This document shows, piece by piece, positions 17,165 through 26,537 of a stretch of DNA of 64,000 nt. Under the pieces are notes generated by a model, which had not been told where the DNA came from, did not search any database, and saw only the letters and a list, made by a program, of their open reading frames with translations. The position numbers and the translations under genes were made by a program. Every line of letters begins with the position of its first letter. Position 1 is the stretch's first letter. The stretch is from a virus. Location: the IMG/VR virus record IMGVR_UViG_3300045988_120048, positions 1 to 64,000 of that record, one strand, 5' to 3'.

Positions 17165-17225
17165 TCCACCCTCATAACCTTAAGAGGCTCTGAATAATAG
17201 TAGGAGCCTCTATTTTTTTTCTTTA

Positions 17226-17987
17226 ATGAAAGATTTTCAATTTTTAGATTACCACACGGAATATTCATGTAAAGGTGCCTTTAAGAAGGATATGGATGTA
17301 GAAGCATGCTTCTCATTCGTATTTAGACACACCGACGAGGAAAATGTAAGTGAAGAATATGAAGTTATCCTTTATAAGGGAACTGATTTTTCTAGAGAAA
17401 AGCATAATTCAAATTCGTGTCTCTTTACAAAGAAACAGATAAGGAACCATCTCAGACAAGCTCAAGGTATTTATCCATTCGATTTCTACATTACAGAAGT
17501 CACCAACTGGGGAGATGGTTATAATGTATTTAAGGTTCGCTTAAAACTCACTAACGTTCCTGGTACGTTTCATAAGTATCTTTTAACTTGGCTGAGATAT
17601 ATGTATGAGTACCCTTATAATGTTATCTTATATGATGCTTATAAGTTAAAAAAGGACCCATGCTTTAGGTTCACCTCTATGTCTGACTTGTTTAATCTTG
17701 TGCTAGGCTGTTTTAACGAAAATCCTAGAGATATTCATCAAATAGCTAGGAACCAAGTTAGCAAGACTATGTTAAAGAGAGACATTAGAGAGAAACTTCA
17801 GAATATCAAAATGTTAAATAACGTTTATGATAAGTTGAAGAATAAAGGCAATAACAACCAAATTCCAAATGAAGATGGAGATCTTACCACCTCTGATTTT
17901 GAATTTTGGGAAAGCGACGACATCTTCGAAAGACGAAGAAAGCCAGTTTACATGAATGTTTATAAAGAAGTAATAAAGAAGAAATGA
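17226..17987 (+). CDS. hypothetical protein
   Basis: ORF track, 253 aa. Confidence 0.45.
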   Translation: MKDFQFLDYHTEYSCKGAFKKDMDVEACFSFVFRHTDEENVSEEYEVILYKGTDFSREKHNSNSCLFTKKQIRNHLRQAQGIYPFDFYITEVTNWGDGYNVFKVRLKLTNVPGTFHKYLLTWLRYMYEYPYNVILYDAYKLKKDPCFRFTSMSDLFNLVLGCFNENPRDIHQIARNQVSKTMLKRDIREKLQNIKMLNNVYDKLKNKGNNNQIPNEDGDLTTSDFEFWESDDIFERRRKPVYMNVYKEVIKKK

Positions 17988-18613
17988 AGATTTATGTTGT
18001 AGGTGGAGCTGATAACTACGTCAACTTCATTGAAAATGTGCAGCTTGTTGATAAACTTGAAGATGCACAATTAGTAGTATTCACCGGCGGAGAAGATGTC
18101 ACACCTTCTCTTTATGGATGTAAGAAGCATAGAACTACTTATTCCAACCTTAGAAGAGATCAGGCAGAACAGGCTATCTTCAATAAGATAGACCCAAAGA
18201 AACAGGTTTGTCTTGGAATTTGCCGTGGATCTCAATTTCTATGTGTGATGAATGGTGGCAAGCTTGTCCAAAATGTGACGAGTCATGCTACTGGATTTAC
18301 CCATGGGATAACTGATGGCGACAAGATTTATCAAATAACTTCTACCCACCATCAGATGCAGTATCCATTTAATCTTAATGGGGAAGATTATGATATCCTG
18401 TTTGCATCTTATGGAGTAGAGAGTGACTATTATGAAGGGGAAGGAATAGACCCTAACGTTGTTCTTGGAAGAGAACCAGAAATTGTTTTATATCATAAGA
18501 AGGGATTGCCTAAGTGTCTCGCAGTACAAGGTCATCCTGAGATGATTCCTGATTCTCCTGTTGCTGAAATGATTAATAACCTTGTAAAAGATCTCGTAAA
18601 TGAAATTGCGTAA
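17984..18613 (+). CDS. class-I glutamine amidotransferase-like / gamma-glutamyl hydrolase (peptidase C26 family)
   Basis: GICRGSQF (nucleophile Cys), HH pair and AVQGHPE motifs characteristic of GATase1/C26. Confidence 0.65.
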   Translation: MKIYVVGGADNYVNFIENVQLVDKLEDAQLVVFTGGEDVTPSLYGCKKHRTTYSNLRRDQAEQAIFNKIDPKKQVCLGICRGSQFLCVMNGGKLVQNVTSHATGFTHGITDGDKIYQITSTHHQMQYPFNLNGEDYDILFASYGVESDYYEGEGIDPNVVLGREPEIVLYHKKGLPKCLAVQGHPEMIPDSPVAEMINNLVKDLVNEIA

Positions 18614-19067
18614 TGTAACTATTGGTGCAGACCCAGAACTGTTTATTATTAATGAGAAGACAAAGAAGGTAGTGTCTGCCGTTGGATTAATCCCTGGTGA
18701 AAAAGGCAATCCATGGAGATCTGATGATATGCCAGAGGGCTTTGGACTTGAGACTGATAATATTCTTGCAGAATTTAATATTCCTCCTGTTAAGGATGGA
18801 ATAAACTTTGTTAACAACATCGTTTATATGCAGGAGTATATAGATAAGTTTGTTAAGAGTAAAAATCCTGACCTTGGCATCAAATGTATAGCCTCCCAGA
18901 CCGTACCTACATCTGAATTGCAGAGCGATCAAGCTAAGCTTTTCGGATGTGATGTTGATTATAACGCCTATACAATGAAGGCAAACCCTAAGCCTAAGGG
19001 TACATCAACTAATCTTCGCTCTGCTGGTCGAATAAGTGAGGGCCAGAAGTATAGAAATATACAGTAG
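18600..19067 (+). CDS. amidoligase (COOH-NH2 ligase, glutamine-synthetase-like fold) 5' exon
   Basis: ADPELF N-terminus typical of phage Amidoligase_2 proteins. The ORF is broken by TAG and a LAGLIDADG gene; the C-terminal continuation (FHIHVGYENP...) resumes at 20192. Confidence 0.5.
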   Translation: MKLRNVTIGADPELFIINEKTKKVVSAVGLIPGEKGNPWRSDDMPEGFGLETDNILAEFNIPPVKDGINFVNNIVYMQEYIDKFVKSKNPDLGIKCIASQTVPTSELQSDQAKLFGCDVDYNAYTMKANPKPKGTSTNLRSAGRISEGQKYRNIQ

Positions 19068-20191
19068 AATTGCGTAAAAACGGTGAATGATAAATTCCTA
19101 TAAATAATTTTGAATTGCTGGAATAATTTTGTATTTTTGGTTAAATTAAGTTTAACTATAAAAATATCGAATTATGACAGAATTTCAACAAATTGTAATT
19201 AATCTAGTTAATGAAGGCAAAACTGTTTCCGAAATTGCAAAACAATTAAATAAAAATATGTCTTCAGTATCTTCAGTTGTTAAAAGATTTAATTTAACTC
19301 CTAAAAAAGCTTATGAAAATACTATCAAAGATGACTTTTTTGATGTAATAGACACAGAAGAAAAAGCCTATCTTTTAGGATTTTTTATAGCTGATGGATG
19401 TATAAATAAATCTACAAGTAGGTGTAAAGGTAGATTTTCAATTAATCAATCTGAAGATGATAAAGAAATTGTAAAAGCTTTTAAGGAGTATTTACAAGTA
19501 CCTTCAAAAATTCAATTAATAAATAATCAATCAGGTGTAAAACATAGAAAAACACAATGGAGAATTAGATGGACATCAGTTCATATGATGGAAACTATGG
19601 AAACTATTTATAATATACACCCACATAAAACTACAGATATTGAATTTGAATTTCCTATAAAATTAATTCCTGAAAATTTACAAGGACATTTTGTTCGAGG
19701 TTTTATTGATGGAGATGGTTATATGGGAAATAATGGAGAAATAAATAATTTTTCAGTAAGTATAGTAGGTGTAAGTGAAAAATTTCTTACTATGATTGGA
19801 GATTTAATTTCTAATACTACTGGAATGACTTACAATTTATATAAATCAAAAGGAAAAACTGTTGATTATATAAGTTTAAGATGGTTCTCTGAAGGTAAAA
19901 ATAAACTAGAAAAAATTACAAAATTAAAAGATTATTTATATAAAGATGCTACTATATATCTTTTTAGAAAGAAAAAAGAAATAGATGCATATATTAAATA
20001 CCGTGCTAATGTATTGAATAATATCAATACACAGTGTAACGCGTAGGAGATGAACCTGGAAACAGAATATAATTCTCCCAAGAGTGCGCAACCCTTAACA
20101 GATAATGCTGAAGGTGAAAATGTACGCTGAACTACTACGAAGGAATATAAGTAGTAGAATTAGAGGATAAAAAGCCTCTAAGATAACAAAA
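19068..20191 (+). mobile_element. intervening sequence (probable group I intron) carrying a LAGLIDADG homing endonuclease gene, splitting the amidoligase gene
   Basis: Host ORF broken at 19067 and resumed at 20192; HE ORF embedded; AT content markedly higher than flanks. Core intron elements not clearly recognised by eye. Confidence 0.5.
19174..20046 (+). CDS. LAGLIDADG homing endonuclease (double-motif)
   Basis: Motifs YLLGFFIADGCI and FVRGFIDGDGYM; N-terminal HTH-like segment; very AT-rich codon usage. Confidence 0.75.
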   Translation: MTEFQQIVINLVNEGKTVSEIAKQLNKNMSSVSSVVKRFNLTPKKAYENTIKDDFFDVIDTEEKAYLLGFFIADGCINKSTSRCKGRFSINQSEDDKEIVKAFKEYLQVPSKIQLINNQSGVKHRKTQWRIRWTSVHMMETMETIYNIHPHKTTDIEFEFPIKLIPENLQGHFVRGFIDGDGYMGNNGEINNFSVSIVGVSEKFLTMIGDLISNTTGMTYNLYKSKGKTVDYISLRWFSEGKNKLEKITKLKDYLYKDATIYLFRKKKEIDAYIKYRANVLNNINTQCNA

Positions 20192-20557
20192 TTGTTTCAC
20201 ATTCATGTGGGATATGAAAATCCTGACGTAGATACTAGTCTTGCTCTTGTAAAGTATATGGATGCCTTTTTAGGTATTCCTTCCGTCGTTAAGGATAAAG
20301 ATAAGAAACGTCGCTCTCTTTATGGTAAAGCCGGCTGCTTCCGTTTAACTGACTACGGTGTTGAGTACCGAGTTCTTAGTAGTGCAATGATGGGTTCCCC
20401 TTCTAAGTTGTCCTTCATCTGGAAGCAATTGCAGAAGGCTTTGAAAGCTTATCAGACCAACTATAGTCTTCCAAGTAGAGATTTAGTTCAGGAAGCCATT
20501 AATAACAGTAATGTTGAACTAGCTGAACAGTTAATAACTCATTATAATTTAGCATAA
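20192..20557 (+). CDS. amidoligase 3' exon
   Basis: Begins FHIHVGYENP (Amidoligase_2 catalytic His motif region). TTG in the track is probably not a real start; this is exon 2. Confidence 0.5.
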   Translation: MFHIHVGYENPDVDTSLALVKYMDAFLGIPSVVKDKDKKRRSLYGKAGCFRLTDYGVEYRVLSSAMMGSPSKLSFIWKQLQKALKAYQTNYSLPSRDLVQEAINNSNVELAEQLITHYNLA

Positions 20558-20559
20558 TT

Positions 20560-21906
20560 ATGTGTGGAATATTTGGTATCGTTACAAAGAGCATGAGGTC
20601 TTTTGACTTTCCAACTTTCTGTACATTAGGTATTGCTAATGACAGTAGAGGTGGTGACTCTTGTGGCTATTTTATTGATGGACACTACGAGTATGGAGCA
20701 AAAGGCGATGATAAGTGGTTCCAGTGTTTTTTCCAAGACAATAAGTTCCTTAATGAGCTTAAAATGAGTTCGGTAGCTTTTGGTCATTGTAGAAAAGCGT
20801 CTGTTGGTATCATCGACGAAACAACTGCTCAGCCAGTGGTACTTACTAATGCCAATGGAAAGGTAGAATATGTTCTAATGCATAATGGAACTATCTATAA
20901 TTACAAGGAGTTAGCTAAAAAATACATACCAGATATTGATATTACTGGTATGACTGACTCTCAGGTAATGGCTAGAATTTTCTATCGTTCTGGATACAAG
21001 GCACTCAGTGAGTATAACGGTGGAGCAGTGTTTGCAATTGCAGACTACCGTGGTGGAAAACCAAAGATTTTACTCTTTAAAGGAGCCTCCAAGAAAGACA
21101 AGTGGGATAAGAAGGAAACGGATGAACGTCCATTGTACTTCTGTGTCGATCCTATAAAGGGAGAGTTAATTTTCTCTTCTATTGCTTCTTATTTAATGTC
21201 TCTTAGACATAAGCTCACAACTTGGATTTTAAATCCAAATTGCCTCTTTGAGTTTAATGGTAAGGACTTAATTGCCGTTGAGGAAGTTTCTAGAGCCAAT
21301 GCTTGTCAAAGGAAGGAAACCGTATATGTAACTCCATCTAAATATGGTGGAAAATATTGGGGAGAATTTGGGCTGGAAGAAAGCAATGGTAATCTTTACG
21401 ACGATTTTATTTCGACTAACCAAGTAGATAATACTTATCATGGAAGGGGCAAAAAGCTCCAAGGACGAGTAATACTTAGTAAGTATGGAATGATGATGGA
21501 TGAAGCTCCTAAGAAGTCAACATATAAGGAGATATTCTTCTGGGATGGAGTTGCTCTTAAGAATGTTGCGTGCTTTCGATTTCTTACAGTCCTTAAGAAG
21601 GACAGCAAGCTCGAAGATAAAGAGTTTAATAAGAAGTTTAAGAACCTTATAAGGTATTTGAGCGTTGATGGTGTATATCATGAGAAGGATGTATGGTATC
21701 GAGCTACCTCTCCAACTAAGAGAGTTCCTTTTACAGGAACATTAAACATGATTACATCAACTTCTTCTACAGAATTTTTTGCTGGAAGCAGAAGAACTAC
21801 TAAATATGGTAGGACTTCTGATGAGGCATTTAGTTCTCTAGAGGAAGCTAAATTGGATGTTAATTTTAAAACAATTAAGGAAGAATGCAAGTCTTTGATG
21901 AAATAA
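20560..21906 (+). CDS. class-II (Ntn) glutamine amidotransferase domain protein
   Basis: N-terminal MCGIFGIV with catalytic Cys2, as in the Gn_AT_II family. Confidence 0.65.
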   Translation: MCGIFGIVTKSMRSFDFPTFCTLGIANDSRGGDSCGYFIDGHYEYGAKGDDKWFQCFFQDNKFLNELKMSSVAFGHCRKASVGIIDETTAQPVVLTNANGKVEYVLMHNGTIYNYKELAKKYIPDIDITGMTDSQVMARIFYRSGYKALSEYNGGAVFAIADYRGGKPKILLFKGASKKDKWDKKETDERPLYFCVDPIKGELIFSSIASYLMSLRHKLTTWILNPNCLFEFNGKDLIAVEEVSRANACQRKETVYVTPSKYGGKYWGEFGLEESNGNLYDDFISTNQVDNTYHGRGKKLQGRVILSKYGMMMDEAPKKSTYKEIFFWDGVALKNVACFRFLTVLKKDSKLEDKEFNKKFKNLIRYLSVDGVYHEKDVWYRATSPTKRVPFTGTLNMITSTSSTEFFAGSRRTTKYGRTSDEAFSSLEEAKLDVNFKTIKEECKSLMK

Positions 21907-22784
21907 CTAAAAGATGGGTGAGCTCTCGAAATTGTGCGAGGATTATCATCCAACAACTCCCAGAGCAAGTTATCTTCGGATATACTAGTAAGCCTGATAA
22001 GGTTGTTAGAGTTCTTATAGCTAGCTCTAGTGGGCATAGTAATTACTTTGAAACGGATTTAAATCTATATAAGGGGAAACTCTTGTATAGTAAGAGAAAT
22101 GGAGTATACTTTTCTCCTATCCATCACAACGAAGATTTTATACTTACAGAGCAGCTCATAAAGGGTTTCGGAGATTTTCCTTATATTCTTACTAGAAGGT
22201 ATGAAGCTGTAGAGAATTTCGATGCTTTCAATGGAAAGCAAGAAATCAAAGACCATGAAACTTTGTATCCCTTATCAAAATATTTAAAGTACACTTTTGG
22301 ACTGGAGTTCGAAACATCTCAAGGATATGTGCCTGAGGACGTATGTTATCGAGATGGATTAATCCCATTAAGGGATGGATCCATTACCGGACCAGAGTAC
22401 TCTACCGTTATACTGAAGGGAGGAGAGGGACTTTCTCTTCTTCATCAGCAGATAGAGACACTCAAAGAGTATACTAACTTTAATAAGGAATGCTCTCTAC
22501 ATGTTCATCTAGGAGGTTATCCTCTTAAGCCTGATACTATCTACAATCTTTATCTTGTATGTAAATCTATTGAACCTGAGCTGGAAAATATGCTTCCTGC
22601 TTTGACTTTCAATAGTGCTAGATATAAGGATAATGGTAAAGACTATTGTAAAAAGCTTGCTTTGTACGGTAGTTTTGAGGATATGTATTCACATCTAGTG
22701 GGAAGACAATTCTTCGGAAGCTTTACCCAAGCTCATCCTGATGATAAAGAACGAAAAAGAAAGTGGAATATACCAACTCGTTAG
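21885..22784 (+). CDS. amidoligase paralog, 5' exon
   Basis: FGLEFETSQG...SLHVHLGGY motifs of Amidoligase_2; ORF terminates at TAG-TAA immediately before intron-like sequence. Confidence 0.6.
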   Translation: MQVFDEITKRWVSSRNCARIIIQQLPEQVIFGYTSKPDKVVRVLIASSSGHSNYFETDLNLYKGKLLYSKRNGVYFSPIHHNEDFILTEQLIKGFGDFPYILTRRYEAVENFDAFNGKQEIKDHETLYPLSKYLKYTFGLEFETSQGYVPEDVCYRDGLIPLRDGSITGPEYSTVILKGGEGLSLLHQQIETLKEYTNFNKECSLHVHLGGYPLKPDTIYNLYLVCKSIEPELENMLPALTFNSARYKDNGKDYCKKLALYGSFEDMYSHLVGRQFFGSFTQAHPDDKERKRKWNIPTR

Positions 22785-23085
22785 TAAAATGGCGAGGCTA
22801 ACTGGAGACAGTTAGAAAAATAAATTGGGTGAATTTAGGGAAACCTAAATAAAATCATTATATTTGTAGTATATCAATTTATGCTACAAAGTAAGTGATT
22901 TTACAAGGCAATCCTAAGCCAAGCTATAGCTTAACAACTATAGAAGGTTCAGAGACTAACAGTTGAAACTCCTTTTAAGGAGAATATAATACTGACACGA
23001 GCGCCCGACATCCTTATGGGATGAAGATATAGTCCGATACCTAGAGGAAACTTTAGGATGCAAGATAAAGAACTTGCTATAACAT
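22785..23085 (+). mobile_element. group I intron (ORF-less) in amidoligase paralog
   Basis: Contains GGTTCAGAGACTAACAG (R element) and GAAGATATAGTCCGA (S element) in correct order; flanked by the two halves of one amidoligase reading frame. Confidence 0.7.
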
Positions 23086-23424
23086 TTGTATTATTGGTGT
23101 AATTTCATTAATGCTCTTTGTTATCAGGTAAATAAAACTATCGAGTTTAGATTTCTTCGTCCAACCTATAGCTTTAAGAAGATCCTCCTATGGCTTTATA
23201 TATTCAACGGCATTTTAAGATATGCTGAGGAGTACTATGTGCCGGGATGTCACACTAATCTAACTGTGATTATGCAGAAGTGTTATCCTTCGGACTTGGC
23301 AAAAGAACTTTGCCTTGGTATAAAGAAGCTTTGGGCACTTAGTGTAAATCAGCGTGGAAACGGTGATCCTATCGGAGCTGACGTTTGGATGGAGGAAGAA
23401 TTGTTTAACAGCTTAAAGATTTAA
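23086..23424 (+). CDS. amidoligase paralog, 3' exon
   Basis: Track ORF (TTG start artefact); continues the amidoligase after the intron. Confidence 0.5.
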   Translation: MYYWCNFINALCYQVNKTIEFRFLRPTYSFKKILLWLYIFNGILRYAEEYYVPGCHTNLTVIMQKCYPSDLAKELCLGIKKLWALSVNQRGNGDPIGADVWMEEELFNSLKI

Positions 23425-23430
23425 CAAAGT

Positions 23431-24012
23431 ATGGCAAAACAGGTATTAGAAATTGAAGTTCCAGATGGTAAAAAAGCCATTTGGAAGGATGGTCGTGTTG
23501 TCTTCGAAGATGTAGATACTATGGAAAGTATCAAAACTATCGAGGACGCTGCTCAATTTCTCGCAGACAAGAGGATCTGTGAGGATATTCTGGACTCATT
23601 ATCTAGACTTCCTAAGGACTCATTTGAGTGGAAGATAGCTGCTTATAGGGCAGTGGTTGCAGCTGTAACCTATAATGAACAGAGGCATCTTACCACTGGA
23701 GAACGTTGGTTTCCTACTATTGAGTTCTGTCGACCTGGAAAGCTTAAGAATTGTTGCGGTGACATCGTTGTAGGACGAATCAAATCAGAAGGAGAAGAGT
23801 TCGATGTCGTGGGCGGTCACGCTTATAACGGCGCGAGTGCGGGTCTCGGTTCCTTCTACTCGTCTTACGGCGTGTCTTACGCCTGGACGTATATCGGCTT
23901 CCGGTCGGTTGGTTCAAAGAAAGCCGCTCTATACATTTCTAAGCAATTTGGAAAGCTTCTGTTTGAGGTTAGTTATGGTGGTACGAACTGTGATTGGAGA
24001 TGGATGGCATAG
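23431..24012 (+). CDS. hypothetical protein (contains a local GC-rich patch 23800-23900)
   Basis: ORF track, 193 aa. Confidence 0.45.
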   Translation: MAKQVLEIEVPDGKKAIWKDGRVVFEDVDTMESIKTIEDAAQFLADKRICEDILDSLSRLPKDSFEWKIAAYRAVVAAVTYNEQRHLTTGERWFPTIEFCRPGKLKNCCGDIVVGRIKSEGEEFDVVGGHAYNGASAGLGSFYSSYGVSYAWTYIGFRSVGSKKAALYISKQFGKLLFEVSYGGTNCDWRWMA

Positions 24013-24088
24013 TCATAATCTGTATATCAGTAGTAGCACTATTCATTGTAGACACAATTTGTGACACTATTAAGGATTGTAAGAAAAA

Positions 24089-24610
24089 ATGATGGAGTGG
24101 TATTACATTCTGGGAATCATCTCTTATGGTATTTTCATTGTCCAATTCCTTCTCTCCAACTTCTTTGGTTGGGGAGATTTGGATTTAGACATTGATTTTG
24201 ATGGTGAACCAGACTTTGGACTTGGAGATGTTCTCTCCTTCAAAGGATTAGTTCATTTTGCAATGGGCTTCTCCGGATGGCTTATGCTGGCGGGAAAGGT
24301 TACCCTTACCACCTTAGCAATAGCTTCTGTAATTGGTTTTGCATTTATTGTGATTTTATACTATGCCTATAGGCTATGTTTAAAGTTCAATAGTGAACCC
24401 CAAATCAAAAGTGGAGAAAGTTTAGTTGGAAAGGAAGTAGCAATTTCTGTCCAGATTTCAGAAATGGAATACTCTGGAAACTGTATAACAGACTCTGGAT
24501 ACATTCCATTGGATAGGTGCAGACTTTCAAAGCCAGCAAACCACACAATAAAGTGTGGAGACATTCTTCACATTGACTCGTATAAGTCAGGAATTTATTT
24601 TATTTCTTAA
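24089..24610 (+). CDS. NfeD-like membrane protein (N-terminal TM helices plus C-terminal beta-rich OB-like domain)
   Basis: Hydrophobic N-terminal half; immediately upstream of and co-oriented with an SPFH/flotillin gene, the classical NfeD-flotillin pairing. Confidence 0.45.
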   Translation: MMEWYYILGIISYGIFIVQFLLSNFFGWGDLDLDIDFDGEPDFGLGDVLSFKGLVHFAMGFSGWLMLAGKVTLTTLAIASVIGFAFIVILYYAYRLCLKFNSEPQIKSGESLVGKEVAISVQISEMEYSGNCITDSGYIPLDRCRLSKPANHTIKCGDILHIDSYKSGIYFIS

Positions 24611-24628
24611 TTAATAAAAATTTTATAA

Positions 24629-26437
24629 ATGTTAACAGAAAGTTTAGTTATTGCAGGCGCAATAGTTGTGCTTGTAATCTTGACCCTCATCGGTCTTATG
24701 TCACGTTATCGTCGTTGTGCAAGTGATGAAATCTTGGTAGTCTTTGGTAAGACTGGCAAGAAAGTTGGAATTAATCCAGCAACTGGCAAGAAGGAAACAA
24801 CAATTCTTCCTTCTAAGATCATCCATGGCGGAGGTACCTTTGTATTCCCTGTAATTCAGGATTGGAAGAAGATGTCTCTGAAACCAATTCAGATTCAGAC
24901 AGAGGTAGAAGGTGTGTCAAGTCAGATGATTAAGGTCAAGATTCCGGTTACCTTGACTACTGGAATTGGTACAACTGATGTACTCATGCAAAATGCTGCA
25001 AGTCGTTTCCTGACTGCTAAACCTGATGAGATTTCTGCTCAAATTACTGATATTCTTATTGGTGAAATGCGTGCTTTGATGGCTACTATGACCATTGAAG
25101 AGATCAATGCTGACCGAATCAAGTTCCTTGGTAATGCTAAGGAGGATATTGAGACTGAATTGAACAAGGTAGGTTTCAGTATTATTAACATTAACAATGC
25201 TGATATTACTGATGATGCTGACTATATTAAGAATCTTGGTAAGAAGGCAGCTACCAAGGCAAAGGCTCAGGCTGAAGCAGACATCGCTGAGGAGGAAAAG
25301 AAGGGTGACATTCAGATTGCTGAAACCAATAAGGAGAAAGCAATTGCTGTAGCTGCTGCAGAGAAGGATCAAGCTACTCAGGTGGCTCAGACTAAGCAGG
25401 AGCAGGAAGTAAAGGTTGCCGAGATCGAGAAGAACAAGGCAATTAGTCTTGCAGAGGCTGATAAGACTAAGGAGTCTGAGGTTGCTAATCAGCAGGCTGA
25501 TAAGGAAGCTGCTACCGCTGCTGCACAGGCTCGTTCAGCTGCTGCTGTAGCAAAGTCTGAAGCAGATGCTCTTGCTGCACAGGCAGAGGCAGAGGCTGAG
25601 AAGAATATTCGTATGGCTAAGGCTGAACAGCAGCAGGAAGCTGAAACCAGAAAGGCTATTAATGAGCAGGAAGCTAAGGTAGCTGAGTATGATGCTGAAA
25701 AGCGTAAGCGTACAGCTGAAGCTAATAAGCAGGCAGGCGTAGCTGAGCAGACAGCAACTATTGAGGTTTCTAAGGCACAAGCTGAGGCTGCTAAGGCACA
25801 GGCTGAAGCAGTCCGTGTTGAGGGTGTATCTAAGGCTGAAGCTGAAGTAGCAATTGCTAAGAAGAATGCTGAAGCTAAGGAGGCACAGTTGAACGCTGAG
25901 TCTATTGTTCCTGCTCAGAAGAAGAAGGAAGCTGTAGTTATTGAGGCTGAGGCTGAGAAGCAGAAGAAGATTGTTGAGGCACAGGCTGAGGCTGAAGCAA
26001 TTAAGCAGAAAGCTTTAGCTGAGGCTCAGGCAATCCAGGCTAAGGCAGAAGCTGAGGCAGAGGGTAACAAGAAGAAACTCCTTGCTGAGGCAGAGGGTAA
26101 GCGTGCCTCTTTGATGGCTGAGGCTGATAAGGTTCAGGCTATTGAGATGGCTCCAGCACTTGCAATTGAGAAGATGATTGAGACAGGTATGACTCCGGAG
26201 ATGATTGTTCAGTATAAGACTGTCGATCAGCTTAAGGGTATTGCCGAAGCTCAGGCTGAGGTTTATGAGCATATCCATCTTGGTGAGGTTACTGTTTATG
26301 GTAACGAGAACACTGCTGGTAACTTCATGGCTTCAATGGCTGAGAATCTCAATCCAGCATTTGAACTTCTCAAGTCTATTCCTTTCAAGAAGACTCTCAA
26401 TGCTATAGCAGGCAAGGAAGAGGTCAAGAATGATTAA
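24629..26437 (+). CDS. flotillin-like SPFH/band-7 protein with long Ala/Glu/Lys-rich coiled coil
   Basis: N-terminal TM segment, SPFH-like region, then about 300 aa of EA/AEA/KAQAEA repeats (flotillin architecture). Confidence 0.7.
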   Translation: MLTESLVIAGAIVVLVILTLIGLMSRYRRCASDEILVVFGKTGKKVGINPATGKKETTILPSKIIHGGGTFVFPVIQDWKKMSLKPIQIQTEVEGVSSQMIKVKIPVTLTTGIGTTDVLMQNAASRFLTAKPDEISAQITDILIGEMRALMATMTIEEINADRIKFLGNAKEDIETELNKVGFSIININNADITDDADYIKNLGKKAATKAKAQAEADIAEEEKKGDIQIAETNKEKAIAVAAAEKDQATQVAQTKQEQEVKVAEIEKNKAISLAEADKTKESEVANQQADKEAATAAAQARSAAAVAKSEADALAAQAEAEAEKNIRMAKAEQQQEAETRKAINEQEAKVAEYDAEKRKRTAEANKQAGVAEQTATIEVSKAQAEAAKAQAEAVRVEGVSKAEAEVAIAKKNAEAKEAQLNAESIVPAQKKKEAVVIEAEAEKQKKIVEAQAEAEAIKQKALAEAQAIQAKAEAEAEGNKKKLLAEAEGKRASLMAEADKVQAIEMAPALAIEKMIETGMTPEMIVQYKTVDQLKGIAEAQAEVYEHIHLGEVTVYGNENTAGNFMASMAENLNPAFELLKSIPFKKTLNAIAGKEEVKND

Positions 26438-26537
26438 CCTTTGTTAATTTTGTAAATTAACTAAGAATTAGTATCTTTATAAGTCTACTTGATATGGGTA
26501 TTAAATGTACTCTATCGAGTAGACTTTTTTATCATTT

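Noticed and set aside
19174-20046. LAGLIDADG ORF as an intein within the amidoligase
   Set aside because: The host reading frame is broken by stop codons on both sides and the insertion has its own start and stop, which fits an intron- or freestanding-type HEG, not an in-frame intein.
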